Assembly (NCBI GenBank): GCA_004431415.1
Contig: QPMI01000172.1
Location: 1-50,069, forward strand
From: Cyanophora paradoxa CCMP329
Lineage: Eukaryota > Plantae > Glaucophyta
DNA: 50,069 nucleotides
Reading direction: 5' to 3'
Both the position numbers and the translations under genes were made by a program. The notes under the pieces are model-generated. The model was not told where the DNA came from. It searched no databases and saw nothing but the letters and a program-made list of their open reading frames with translations. This document shows positions 21,130-32,900 of the stretch, piece by piece (positions within the stretch are counted from its first letter, which is position 1; each line of letters begins with the position of its first letter).

Positions 21130-24100
21130 TCACTGCAAAGCCGAATTCGAATTCTCGAGCTCCCGTTTGGCGTCTTCCATGACCTTGCGCACTAGCAGCG
21201 TCTTCTCATGCTGAGGCCCGTAGGCCCGCTCGAGGATGGCCAGAGAATCCTGCCGCAGCAATGATAATTAGATGCGCCACGCTTGGCTGCACAGAGAATT
21301 TCCAACGCGCCTCGAAAAGAGCGAACGCTTCGGAGTGCGCTCTCAATTTGAAGAGCACGTCCGCGAGGCCGCCCATGGCCCACGCCACGTCCGGGTGCTC
21401 CGGCCCCAGCAGTTTCTTCTTGATCCGCAGCGCCTCCTGCAAAGGAAAGCCCAGAGATTAGCGTCCTCTCAAGCGAAAGCGACGGCGCGCGCGGCCGGCC
21501 CCGCGCCTCGAACAAGGGCCGCGCTGCCGCCTGGTCGCCCAGGTCGTCGACAAGGTTGGCCAGGTAGTGCGTGTCCGCCGCCACGTCGGCGTGCTCCGGC
21601 CCCAGCGCCTTCCGCCGGATTCGCAGCGCTTCCTGCGTCGATGAGGAGTTGCATCAGAACCGAAGAGGACACCAGCTGCAGCGCTAGCTACGCGTCAGTA
21701 TTAACGTACCTCGTACAGGGGACGAGCCGAAGCGCGGTCCCCCTGGTTGTCGAGCAGGACCGCCAGGCTCCGCGCTGCCCTGCCGACGTCCGCGTGGTCC
21801 GGGCCCAGCGCCTTCCTGGACACCCGCAGCGACTCCTGCGAGAGTCGGGATCGGAATCGGGCAGAGTTGCCAGCAGTTCCCCGAGCCGCAGAGGTCAAGA
21901 TCAGGTGGACCTCGTACATGGTCCGCGCTGCGGCGAGATCGCCGAGATCCTCCAGCAGAGGTCCTCCCAGGCCAAGCATTGCCTCCGCAACTTCCGTGTG
22001 CTCCGGCCCCAGCGCCTTCTTCAACAGCTCCAGCGCCTCCTGCGCGGGCAAAAACAAATAACTAAACGTGGCCAGCTGCAGTGCGTGGCTCACGGAAATT
22101 TAAGGGGCGCGAGCTGCACCTCGAACATCGGCCGCGCCGCAGCGACGTCGTTCAAAATGTAGAGCAGGCTGACCAGGTTCAACATCTTTCTTGCGAAGCT
22201 CGGGTGCGCATGCTCCGGCCCCAGCGCCTTCCTGAAAACCCGCAGCGCCTCCTGCAAAGGGCGAAATCAAAAAGCTTAAGATAACGAAGAGAGACTCTAT
22301 GAGAAAAGAGGGGGGTCCCTAGGCCCGAACCTCAAGCACGGGCCGCGCCGCTGCGTATTCTTTCTGGTCCTGCAGCAAGTTGCCCAGATGCTGCAGCGTT
22401 GTCGCGACGTCCAAGTGGTCCGGTCCCAGCGCCGTCTTGTACACCCGCAGCGCTTCCTGCGCGAATGCGTATTCGTACGGCGGGATCGAAACCTTGTAGA
22501 CCAAAGAAGTGAAAAGAAAAAGGGTCCCCGAACCTCGTACATGGGCCGCGCCGCCGCGTAGTCCGCCTGCTCCTGCAGCACGGTGCCCAGACTCCGCAGC
22601 GTTGTCGCGACATCCTTGTGCTCTGCTCCCAGGGCCCTTTTGTACACTCGCAGCGCCTCCTGCGAGAGCCGGCATCGTCACGGGGCCGGATGGATGCGGA
22701 GCCTAGAGACTCGGGGTTGCACCTCAAACACGGGGCGCGCTCCCGCGCAGTCGCCCAGGTCCGCGAGCAGGTTTGCTAGGAGATGTGCTGTCTTTGCGAC
22801 GTCCAAGTGGTCCGGCCCCAGCGCCGTCTTGTACACCCGCAGCGCCTCCTGCACATGCGGGATCGGAATTGGGGGTCTGTGGAGACACAGGTAGTGCACC
22901 TCGTATGTGGGACGCGCCGCTGCGTAGTCTCTTTGGGCCTCCAGCAGAGCGCCCAGACTCCGCAAAGTCATGGCGACTTCTACGCGCTCCGGCCCCAGCG
23001 CCTTCTTGAACACCCGCAGCGCCTCCTGCGCCGGATCAAAATCGTGACTCGGCGGACCGGACCCCGGGCCCGGAGATCTAGAAGAAGGAGCGCACCTCGT
23101 ACATGGCCCGTGCCGCTGGCAAGTCTCCCTGGGCCCTCCGAACGGTTGCGAGGTTGTGAAGCGCCCTCGCGACGTCCGAGTGCTCCGGGCCCCGCGCCTT
23201 TGTGTATACTTTGAGCGCCTCCTGCGCGGAGGGGCCGCTCGAGGCATCGAAAGACAAACCAAAGCAAAAGGGCGCGCATTGCGATCGCACCTCATACATG
23301 GCCCGCGCTGCGCCGAATTCGCCCTGGTCCTTCAATAAGGCCCCCAGGTCAAGCATCGTCGCCGCAACTTCGGTGTGCTCCGGCCCCAGCGTACTCCTCT
23401 GCAGCCGCAGCGCCTCCTGTGGAGAATACGTCAGAATGTAGACGACGCACACGCGTACGCACGTCTGCATAAAGAAGAGTGTGCGCTGCACCTCGTACAT
23501 GGCCCGAGCCGCCGCGGAGTCACCCTGTTTGCCTATCGCACCAGCCAGGTGTTGCATTGCTGTCGCCACGTCTGCATGCTCCGGCCCATGCGCTTTCTTC
23601 AACAGTTCAAGCGCCTCCTACGCACGCAAAACAAATCAATTTATAGTTGGCCAGTGTGCGGCTCACGGGAAGGCCTAGGGTGCGAGCTGAACCTCGAACA
23701 TCGGCCGCGCCGCAGCGACGTCGTTTAGAATGCGGAGCAGCGCCGCCAGGGTCATCATTGTTTTCGCGTAGTCCGGGTGCTCCGGCCCCAGCGTCTTCTT
23801 TAACACCCGCAACGCCTCCTGCGAAGGACGCGATCGGATACAAAACGAACAGATCGTATAGAGAAAAGACAAGGTCTTCGCGAACCTCGTACATGGGCCG
23901 CGCCGCTGCGTATTCTTCCTGCTCATGCAGCAAGGCGCCCAGATTCTGCAGCGTGATCGCGACATCTTCGTGCTCTGGCCCCAGCGCCTTCCTGAAAACG
24001 CGCAGCGCCTCCTGCAAGAATCGGAATCTAAATTCGGGCCAAGCCGGAATGCAGAGGGGCACTCACCTCGTACATGGAACGTGAAGCTGCGAAATCTCCC

Positions 24101-27100
24101 TGGGCCTTGCACACGTTGGCCAGGTTACGCATCGCCCACGCAACGTCCACGTGCTCTGGACCCCGTGCTTTCGTGTATATCTGAAGCGATTCCTGCGCGC
24201 AGAATCCACGGCAGTCATTGACAGACAAAAATCGAAAGGGCGCGCATTTCACCTCGTACATGGACCGCGCTGAGGCGAGATCGCCCTGGTCCTTCATGAG
24301 GGCCCCCAGTTTACGTAGCGCCAGCGCCGTGCCTGGGTGCTCGGACCCCAGTGCTTTCCTCTGCAGCCGCAGCGCCTCCTGCGGAAGATACTAGTAGGTT
24401 GCACGCGGAACCTCGCGAGATGGTGCAAGCTAGAGTAATTAGGCAAGTTTATTACAGCGCGCGCGTGCTGCACCTCAGACATGGTCCGAGCTGCCGCGGG
24501 ATCGCCCTGTTCGTGAATCACGGAAGCCAGGCTCTGCATCAACTTCGCCACGTCTGGGTGCTCCGGCCCTAGCGCCTTCTTTAAAATCTCCAGCGCCTCC
24601 TACTCGGGCGAAATGAGAACGGGGCCAGTGCGCAATGCGCGGCTCACGGTACGGGCGCGATCACGAGCTGTACCTCATACATTGACCGGACGCGCGCCCC
24701 GGCAGACTTGTTTGAAGCGCGGAGCAGCCCGGCCAGGTTCATCGTTGTCCTCGCGTAGTTCGGGTGCTGCGGTCCCACCGTCTTCTTGTACACCCGGAGC
24801 GCCTCCTGCAAGGACAGCGCTAGCCTTAAATTTTGGGGGCTGAAGATGTAATTTATAGCTGAGAGATCTAGACGAGGTACGCGGCGCACCTCATACAACT
24901 GTTGGGCCGCGGCATAGTCCTTCTGGCCCTCGAGCAGGCCGGCCAGGCCGTCCATCGTGTGCGCCACGTACGGGTGTTCCGGCCCCAGCGCCTTCTTGCG
25001 CAGCTGCAGCGCTTCCTGCGACGAGCGTGCCAGGGCTTAGGGTCCGGCGCAAGGCTGCAGCTGGCCATATTGTGTACATGCCGGCGCGAACTGTACCTCG
25101 TACATCCTCCGAGCCGTCGTGTCGTCGCCCTCTTCTTCAAGCACAGCGGCCAGGCTGTGCATCGCCATCGCGACGCCCGGGTGCTCCGGCCCCAGCGCTT
25201 TCTTGCGCAGCCTCAGCGCTTCCTGCGAGAGACGCGGATCGAATTCGGAAGAATGTCAATTGCAAAGCCCTAGGACTGAGAGAGGGAGCTCGCTCAAATA
25301 TACATTCTTCAAAGCACCTCGTACATTGGCCGCGCAAGCGCGAGGTGGCCCTCCTCCTTCAGCAGGTTGGCAAGATTGTACACGATCGTCGAAACGTCCG
25401 GGTGCTCGGGCCCCAGCGTTTTCTTGTAGATCTGTAGCGATTCCTGCGGAGAGCAGAACATGCATTTGATCTGAACGTCAACCTCGCGGGTCATGAGCAT
25501 GTGGCGCGGGGCACCTCCCACATGTTCCGCGCCGCCGCGAAGTCGCGCTGCTCCGCCATCATGGCCGCAAGGCTGTGCATCGTGCTCCCGACGACCGGAT
25601 GCTCCGGGCCGAGAGCACTCCTGAGGAGCCGCAGGGCTTCCTGCACCGGGGGCTGGGAGCTCAGCCTCGAGGCCGAGGCCGTGCACGGGTGAACCCGGGC
25701 CGCGGGGAAAGCCGCACTTCGCACAAGGGCCGCGCCTCCGCGGAGCAGCCCCGGTCCTGCAGCAGGATGGCCAAGCTCCGCATCGTCGTAGCCACGCGGG
25801 GGTGCTCCAGTCCGAGCGTTTCCTTGAACAATCGAAGCGCTTCCTGCGATCGCGAGCGAGTTAACGTTTAGAGCGAAATTCGAGTTATAATTAGAGGAAC
25901 ATCGAGTAAGGATACGATTTTGATTATTTACCTTGACGAACGGAATGCCTTCGCTGGCTCGTCCCATTAGACCGAGCAAGCTGCCGGCCCTCTGCAGGTC
26001 GTGCGGGTCGGATTCCTCTTCAGCTGTCCCCGCCGCATCGCTGATCCCTAGACGGAGCGCCTTCGCGTAGCGCTCTGCAGCCTCGCCGGACCGCCCGCTC
26101 GCAAGCCAGAGCCCCGTCAGTTCGTACTCGTCCAGGCGCTCGAGGATGTCGGCGTCGCAGAGAATCTGTGCAAGAGGCTCGGCGAAGGCGGGCCCTGCCC
26201 GCGCCAACGCCCAGGGCGCCTCGTCCGCCCGCCGCTGCGAGCCGGGCTGAGAGGCGAAGAACTCTCCCAGTCGCGCGTGGACGGCGGCCCGGAGCTCGGC
26301 GGACTGCTGGCCGGCCGGCGCCAGGCCCGACTCCAGCTCCGCCGCCTCGGCCGTGCAGCGGTGGAAGAAGGCGTACGGGCCGTCCCGGCAGACGACGAGC
26401 CCGAGGAAGTCGTGCCAGAGGAGGCTCCACTCGACCTCCGTCGGCCCGCTGGCGGCGCCCACGCCGACGAGGGCCCTGAGCTCGGCCTCCGCCATTCCGT
26501 GACGCGAGCACACGATCGCCGACGCCACGTCCCGCACGAGGGTCTGCCCGTGGCGCGAGGCGAGCCGGCGCAGGACGAGGCGGAAGAGGTCCCGCGGCCC
26601 TTCCCCGCAGCCGATGAACGCGTCGATGTCAGAGTCGAGCTTCGCGTGGACGGAGACGTTCGAGAGCTCGTCGAGGAGGACAGTGAGGAAGAGCGCGTTG
26701 CGGCACTGATCTGCCTGCACGATTCGCTCGAGCTGCGCTTTGGACAGACAGCGTCCTTGGTCGCGGAGCCTCCCTTCGACCAGCGTCCGACGCCGGGCCT
26801 CGTCGAGCGGAGCGATCGCGAGCGCCGTGTGGGCTCTCGCCACTGCAGCATCGAGGGCCGGGCCTGCGACCCGCAATCGTCCTCAGCAAATTCAAATCAA
26901 AGAGCCCGACGGCTCGGTTTTCGGACAAGATTGAAACCGCACCGCGCAGGCTCGAGACGAGAATGCGGAGACGGGGTCCGGCGGCTGGCGGAAGCCAGGC
27001 GAGGGAGTGCACGGCGGGGTCGCCCCGGAGCTGGTCGAGGCCGTCCAGGACGAGGACGACGCGGGCGGGGAAGCTGGAGGAGCCGGCGGCAAGCGTCTCG

Positions 27101-29285
27101 CTCAGCCGACCTGCCACCTCGGCGTCCGTGCCGTGCCAGTCTCGAGACGCAGAGCCGCCATCGGAGAGATCGAGTCCGAGCCGGCTGCCGATCTCCTCGT
27201 CCAGACGCCTGCCGGGACCTGCGTCAGGGAAAGGGAGCGTGGCGCGCGCAGGGAACGCGGGCGAACCGGGCGATGGACGAGAGCAGGGAGCTGCTCTGGG
27301 ACCCGCCGATGAAGTGCAGGATCGTGAGGTCGCCCGGGTGTGCGCCAGACCACTCCTTCGCCCAGTTGGCCAGGAGAGCTGCGTGCAGGAGGACACATCG
27401 TCAGCGGAGTGCGCCCACGTTGCGATTGGTCGGCGACGGGCAGCGGATCCGGACCGCTCTTGCCGCAGCCGCCCTCGCCGTGGAGGACGAGGATCTCGGG
27501 GCCCGAGGCCGCCGCGTAGGCGCTCAGAGCCTCCATGTCCTCCGCGTCGCGCACGAAGACGCGCTGCCGCGACGCCGCGAACGCCTCGTGCTGGGCCCTC
27601 TCCGCATCCAGCCAGGGGCGGTTCCTCTCGACGGGGTAGTCCTGCTCCAGCATCTGCGCGGCGGCCAGCTGCAGGTCAGATCGTAGGATTGAGAGCGCAT
27701 CACAGGGGCCAAGGCCTCGCCCCGCCCACGCGCGAGCGCACGGCTTTGAGGGCGTCGCGCAGGTCGAGGGCGAGCCGCTGGGGCTCATTGTACTCGGCGA
27801 CGGGCAGGCGCGCGGCCCGCACCTCGGCCTTCAGCTCCTCCAGGCGCCGCTCGGCATAGGGGCCCTCCCCTCTGACTCCGTCCGAGAGGCGAGCGGCTTC
27901 CGTGAGGGCCGAGCCGGCAACGTAGAACAGGCTCCTGCAGCGCATGGCCTGGAGGCGGCTCAGGTTGCGCCGGGCCGGGCAAGGGCGCGGTCGAGGGCGT
28001 CGGGTCGACACACCTCGAGGCGCGACGGGAGGGGGCTCGCAATTGCTCCAGGGCGCACTTTGCTGCCAAGCACGCCGGCGCGAATCTCTACCCCCGGCCC
28101 GTCGATCAACATGGGCGGCGCCCCCTCGCGATCGTGGGGCCCGGCCCCGGCCGGCAGTCCGCGCGCACCGATCTCGGTAATGCTGCGGTCCTCCCAGTTG
28201 GGCACCCAGGGGAACTCTTTCGCGGCGCGCTCCAGGTTCCTGTACCAGCCATGCCAGCCGGGCGTCAACCGGATCACGATGAGGCCTCCAGCTGCAGAGA
28301 TCTAGATCTAGGAGACAGGGGGCGAAAGGGGCGCACAGGCGAAAGCGGGCGTCGCCCTCGTCATCCTCTGAGCCGCCAGAACGCAGGTGCCAGCCGTAGC
28401 GAGTCTGCGACGGAAAGCTCGAGAGAGGATACGTATACGGGAATGGGGCGCGCGTGCACGTGCGCAGGCAGATACAGCACCTTGAGCAGGCCGACGAAGT
28501 GCGTGCTGCGCTCAACCTCCCTTAAGCACAGGAGAACGACATCGCCAGCCTTGCATGCCTCGTCATTGATGCCCCACCTGCGGCCAGCCGAAGGCATGCG
28601 TATACGCGTGAGCAAAGTGAAAGAGCCATGGCCAAGCCGATGGCAAGATCTAAAGAATGCGGGCCTGAGGTCGACGCAGTGAAAGAAAAGCCCGCGCTCC
28701 GCGCACATCGCCTTGATCGTCGGGTTCACGAAGTTGCGAATGGCGTCTCGCTCCGCCTCCATGTCCTCTGCGGCGCACTTTCAGGTGGGCCCGGCGCGCG
28801 CCGCGGGCCGGCGCGGCGCCGGAGCGGCCGCAAGCATGCGCATGCGCGCACAGGCCTAGGCCCTAGGGTTTGCACGCACGAAATGTCGAGGAGACGAAGA
28901 CGCGCACTTCGCGCGACCTGCGCCCGCGGCCGGCCGCCGAGGCCGCGGATCCCGCGGCCGATCGCGAAGGCGCCGGCGCCGGTGGCTGTGGAGCTGCGGC
29001 CGCGGACGAGGCGTCCAGCCGGCGCAGCCACGCGGCCGCGGTCCGCGGCTTCTTAGCTGGCGGGCATGACCTGTCCAACGGGACGCCGTGTATGGTTGCA
29101 ATTGGCTCGAGCTCAGGTTGCTCGAGGTTCAAGCTTAAGGCATCTTCCGTCGACGTACGCGTTGCGACGTTGAGCCCATGGTCAGCTGCAGGAATTGAGG
29201 CCCGCGGCCGCGAGCTTGACGTCGACGGCCCGGCCGCGGCCGCGGCCGCGGTGCCGGCCGGCGCCGCGGCGCCCTCCGTCGTCAT
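21130..29285 (-). CDS. DUF4062 + NACHT/STAND NTPase + TPR-repeat protein (NPHP3/TTC41/TEP1-like architecture, NLR-like)
   Basis: DUF4062 motifs 'VRVFVSSTF|EDMEAERDAI', 'VDLR|WGI', 'FVGLLK|TRYGW', 'SITEI|EI'. Walker A 'LVLHGEGGCGKS' (~27490-27455); Walker B 'VVLVLDGLDQL' (~27060-27030); 'RNALFLTVLLDEL'; 'YAFFH'. Then 23 kinesin-light-chain-type 42-aa TPRs 'EALR...KALGPEHPDVA...LA.LL..QGD.AAAR.MYE'; stop at 21130-21132. Confidence 0.88.
21311..25843 (-). repeat. Array of 23 single-TPR exons (mostly 126 nt, phase 0-0) separated by ~50-95-nt introns
   Basis: Each unit runs AG|GA(G/A) ... GA(G/A)|GT or GC. Examples: exons 21311-21436, 21507-21632, 21710-21835, 23291-23416, 24067-24192 and 25318-25443 are 126 nt each. 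Confidence 0.92.
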
Positions 29286-29974
29286 TCCGCGCTCGCTGGA
29301 TCCCGCTCGCCGCTCGTATCGCTCGACTCTCAGCCTTCCTACGACACTACGACACGCGTACGTGCGTTGCTTTTGCTGCCAGGCTGCAGCTGGCTACGGG
29401 AAGAACTCAATGACGTCGACCCGAGCTCGAGCTCGTGCGATGGCGGGCGACACAGGCACATGAACATCCTCTATCGCAGCAGCAAGCGACCGCGTGCGGC
29501 AACATATGCATTGCGAGCGAAGCGGTGACTCCGGTCAGATCCTCCGCGCGATGACATCCGATGATCGGCGCTCGGACTGCGTGGATCTAAACGCAGAGCT
29601 TGCCAATACTGCCCCCGCAGGCCCCGGGGGCCGGGTTGCGAAACCAAGCAAGGCGACCGGGGGAATCGATGCTCGGGGGGTACGCCGCTCGTGAACTTGG
29701 TGGGTCGCACCTTCGCCTCGTCGTCGATCCGAGGGCGACACGCGCTGCCTAGCGTCTCCAGCAGCCGCGTACTTGATATTGGAGCACTTTGGCTGGTGCG
29801 AAAAGGCGGCGCTAGGCTTTTCGCGGAAGAGGTGCGACACCGTATCACTGGCCGGCGTCGGCGTCGCCTGCTGCGGCATTGATGCGGAGCGCGTAACTCG
29901 ATGTAGCCACCGACGCGTGCCCCGCAGGCGCTCGCGGACGGTGCGCGTGTCGTAAGCGTCACATCGCGGGAGCC

Positions 29975-32900
29975 ATGAAGTTCGGAAAGGTGCCCCGACA
30001 CATTCGAGCGACGCATTTTAACCCAATGCGAGCATGCGCTAAGCACGAACTCGGCAGACACTCCAGGCGTTCGATCCTGAGTGGTTTCCGCACGCGATCG
30101 ACTACAAGAAGCTCAAGAAGCGGCTGAAAGCGATCCTCGAGGCTCAGCATGGTGCGCTGCCGGCGCTCCGGGCGTGCTCCCCGCCCGCGCTCGGGCCGAC
30201 CTCGACCGCAGCGAGCCGAGACGTGACGGAGGAGGAACGGACGTTCCAGGAGAACATCACGAAGGAGATCGACAAGGTCTCCTCGTGGATCCGGCAGCAG
30301 GATGGCGAGCTCCGCCGGCGCGCCGAGTCGCTCTCCCGCTTGCCCGCAGAGACAGTGGTGGGCGCCCGCGATGCGATCCGCCCGACCGCCCGCGCCGTCT
30401 CTGAGGGCGGCCGCTCAGGCGCAGCGCAAGCAGCTCGCGAAGGACGCAGGCGAGTTCGCGTGCGCGCTGGTGCGGCTGGAGCAGTTCGAGCGGATCAACG
30501 GGACGGCCCTGCACAAGATCCTGAAGAAGCACGACAAGAAGTACGGCGCGGTGCCCCTCCTGACGACCTTCGCTGCCCTCCACAACATCTACGCCCCCAA
30601 GTACGGGCCTTCGCTCCGCGCCCTCAGCGGTCCGCCCGCCCGCCCGCCCCGTCCCGTCCTCGCTTGCCCAGCGTCTCACATTCCGGCGGCAGACGCGCAC
30701 GCGCGGGCGCGGGGCGAGCAGGCGGCCGGCGGGGCCGGCGGCGAGGCGGCGGCGCGCGAGGCGACGGCCGCCGTGCCGGGGCCCGACGGGGAGGCTGGCC
30801 TCCGGTACTGGGTCCGCCCCGAGCGCGTCTCCGAGCTCGTCTCCCTCAAGGTACCCCCCTCCTCTTCCCCCCCTTCTTCCTCTTCTTCGGCTGAGGGAGG
30901 GGCGTGCGCAGCTGCTGCCGGCGATGGCGGCGGGGCCGGAGATCGGCGGGGAGGCCGGCACGGGCTTCCTCGTGTCCTCCGTCTACCTTGACAGCGAGTC
31001 CTTCGACGGCTACCACGCCCGCATGCGCTGCCAGGCCCGCCCGCCCGCCCTCCCTCCCTCCCTCCCCTCTCCTGTGGCTCGGGCGTCCGGCGAGGCGGGG
31101 GCCTGCGCAGGGCTCGGCCTTGCGCATCCGCTGGTTCGGCGGGCGCCGCCCCGACCTCGTCTACGTTGAGCGGTGCGCAGGACGGCCGCACCGGCCCGCC
31201 CCGGCCCGCGACCCGGCGCCGGCGGCCTAACGCTGGCCGCAGGCTGGCCTTCGGCGGCCCCCGGCGGCTGGAGCGCGTCGCCCTCCGCGAAGCCGACGTA
31301 CCCGCCTTCCTGAAGGCGCGCCGCACCCGTACCCTCCCTGCCGCCCTCCGCGCCCCGCCAGACGCGCGCGCGCGTAGGGCGAGTTCAAGGGCAAGCCGGC
31401 GGAGGGCGGCGAGGCGGCGGCGGCGCTGCTGGCGGAGATCCAGAAGGCCGTCGCGAAGCAGAAGCTGGCCCCCGTGCTCCGCACGCAGGTCCGCCCCGCC
31501 GCCCGCACGGGACCTCTGACCAGCTGACGTAACCCCCTCCGATCTGACCACCACCACCTTCTCATCCAGAGCCGGCGGCTGGTGCTGGAGGATTCCCGCG
31601 GGGCGCGCGTCTCGATCGACTCGGACGTCTGCTTCATCCGCGAGGGCCGCGGCGCCGATCCGGCCTCGGGCGAGGCTCGCCCCCCCCCCCCCCCCCCCCC
31701 CCCCTCCCCCCTCGCCGCGCCCTCACCCCCGCCCCAGGCGGCGTGCGCGTGGCACCGGGGGTACGTGCCGCCCGACGCCGTGCCCAACTCGGACTGCCTC
31801 CGCTTCGAGTACGCTACCCTCGACGTCCGGTGCTCCCTTTCCGTACCCGTACCCCCCTCCCCCCCTCTCCTGAGCTTCTCCTTCAGGGGCCCCCGCCCGG
31901 CGTGGGTGGACGAGGTCGCCGGGGCCGACGGCATCGTCATGGAGGTCGCCCACTTCTCCAAGGCCCTCCTCGGCACCGCCCTCGCGTACCCGGGGCGCCT
32001 CCAGGCCCTCCCCTGGTACCGCGCCGTCCCCGGGGGCGAGGCGGACGGCGAGCCGCTGCCCCGCGGGGCCGCCAAGCAGGCCCTCAAGGGCGCCGGCACG
32101 GGCCCCGTGCCCACGTACGCCGGCCCCCTGCTGGTCACCCCCAGGGAGGTCTCCGCCGCCTCGGCCGCCGGCGCCGGCGGCGGCGAGGCGCGCACGCCGC
32201 CTTCGGCCGCGAGCGCCTCGCCCGGGCCTGCGCCTCTCCCGCCCAGCACCCCGAAGTACACCGCCCCGCCGCCCGTCTGCCGCCGCATCACCCCTCCAAG
32301 GCCGCGGCCGCGGCTGCCGCGCCGGCCGCCGTGGCGCCGGCGCCGGCCCCGGCGCGCATCGACGAGATCGCCGTGGCGCCGCCCGCGGCGGTCTCCTCGG
32401 CCCGGGGCAGCGACGCCGATGAGCGCACGCCGCTGCTCGGCCGCCCGGCCTCCTCCGCCTCGGCCGCCGCCGCCGACGGCAGCCTCGGCGCCTACGCCCG
32501 CCGCACGGCCGAGGTGCCCTTCGCCCGACTCAGCCCGTCTCGTCGTCCCCGCCTCACCCTCGGGCAGGTCCTCTCGCAGGCGGTGCGGCGCGGGGCGGAG
32601 CTGGGCGCCGACTGGTGGCAGAAGGGCCTCATCATGTTCGGCGCCGCTGAGAAGAAGCAGCGCATCCAGGTGCGCGCAGAGCGGAGCTGGGAGAAGGAGG
32701 GGAGGAACAGCTGGACCCTGAGCTCGCTCGCGGCGCCCCCGCAGGTGCCGGTGAAGGTGGAGCCGAAGACCTTCTTCGCGAACGAGCGCACCTTCATGAA
32801 CTGGCTCGCCTTCTCCGTCGTCCTCATGTCCCTCGGCGTCGCCCTCATCAGGCGCGCCCTTCTTCTCCTGCCCCCCGCACCTTCCTTCCCTTCGCTCCTT

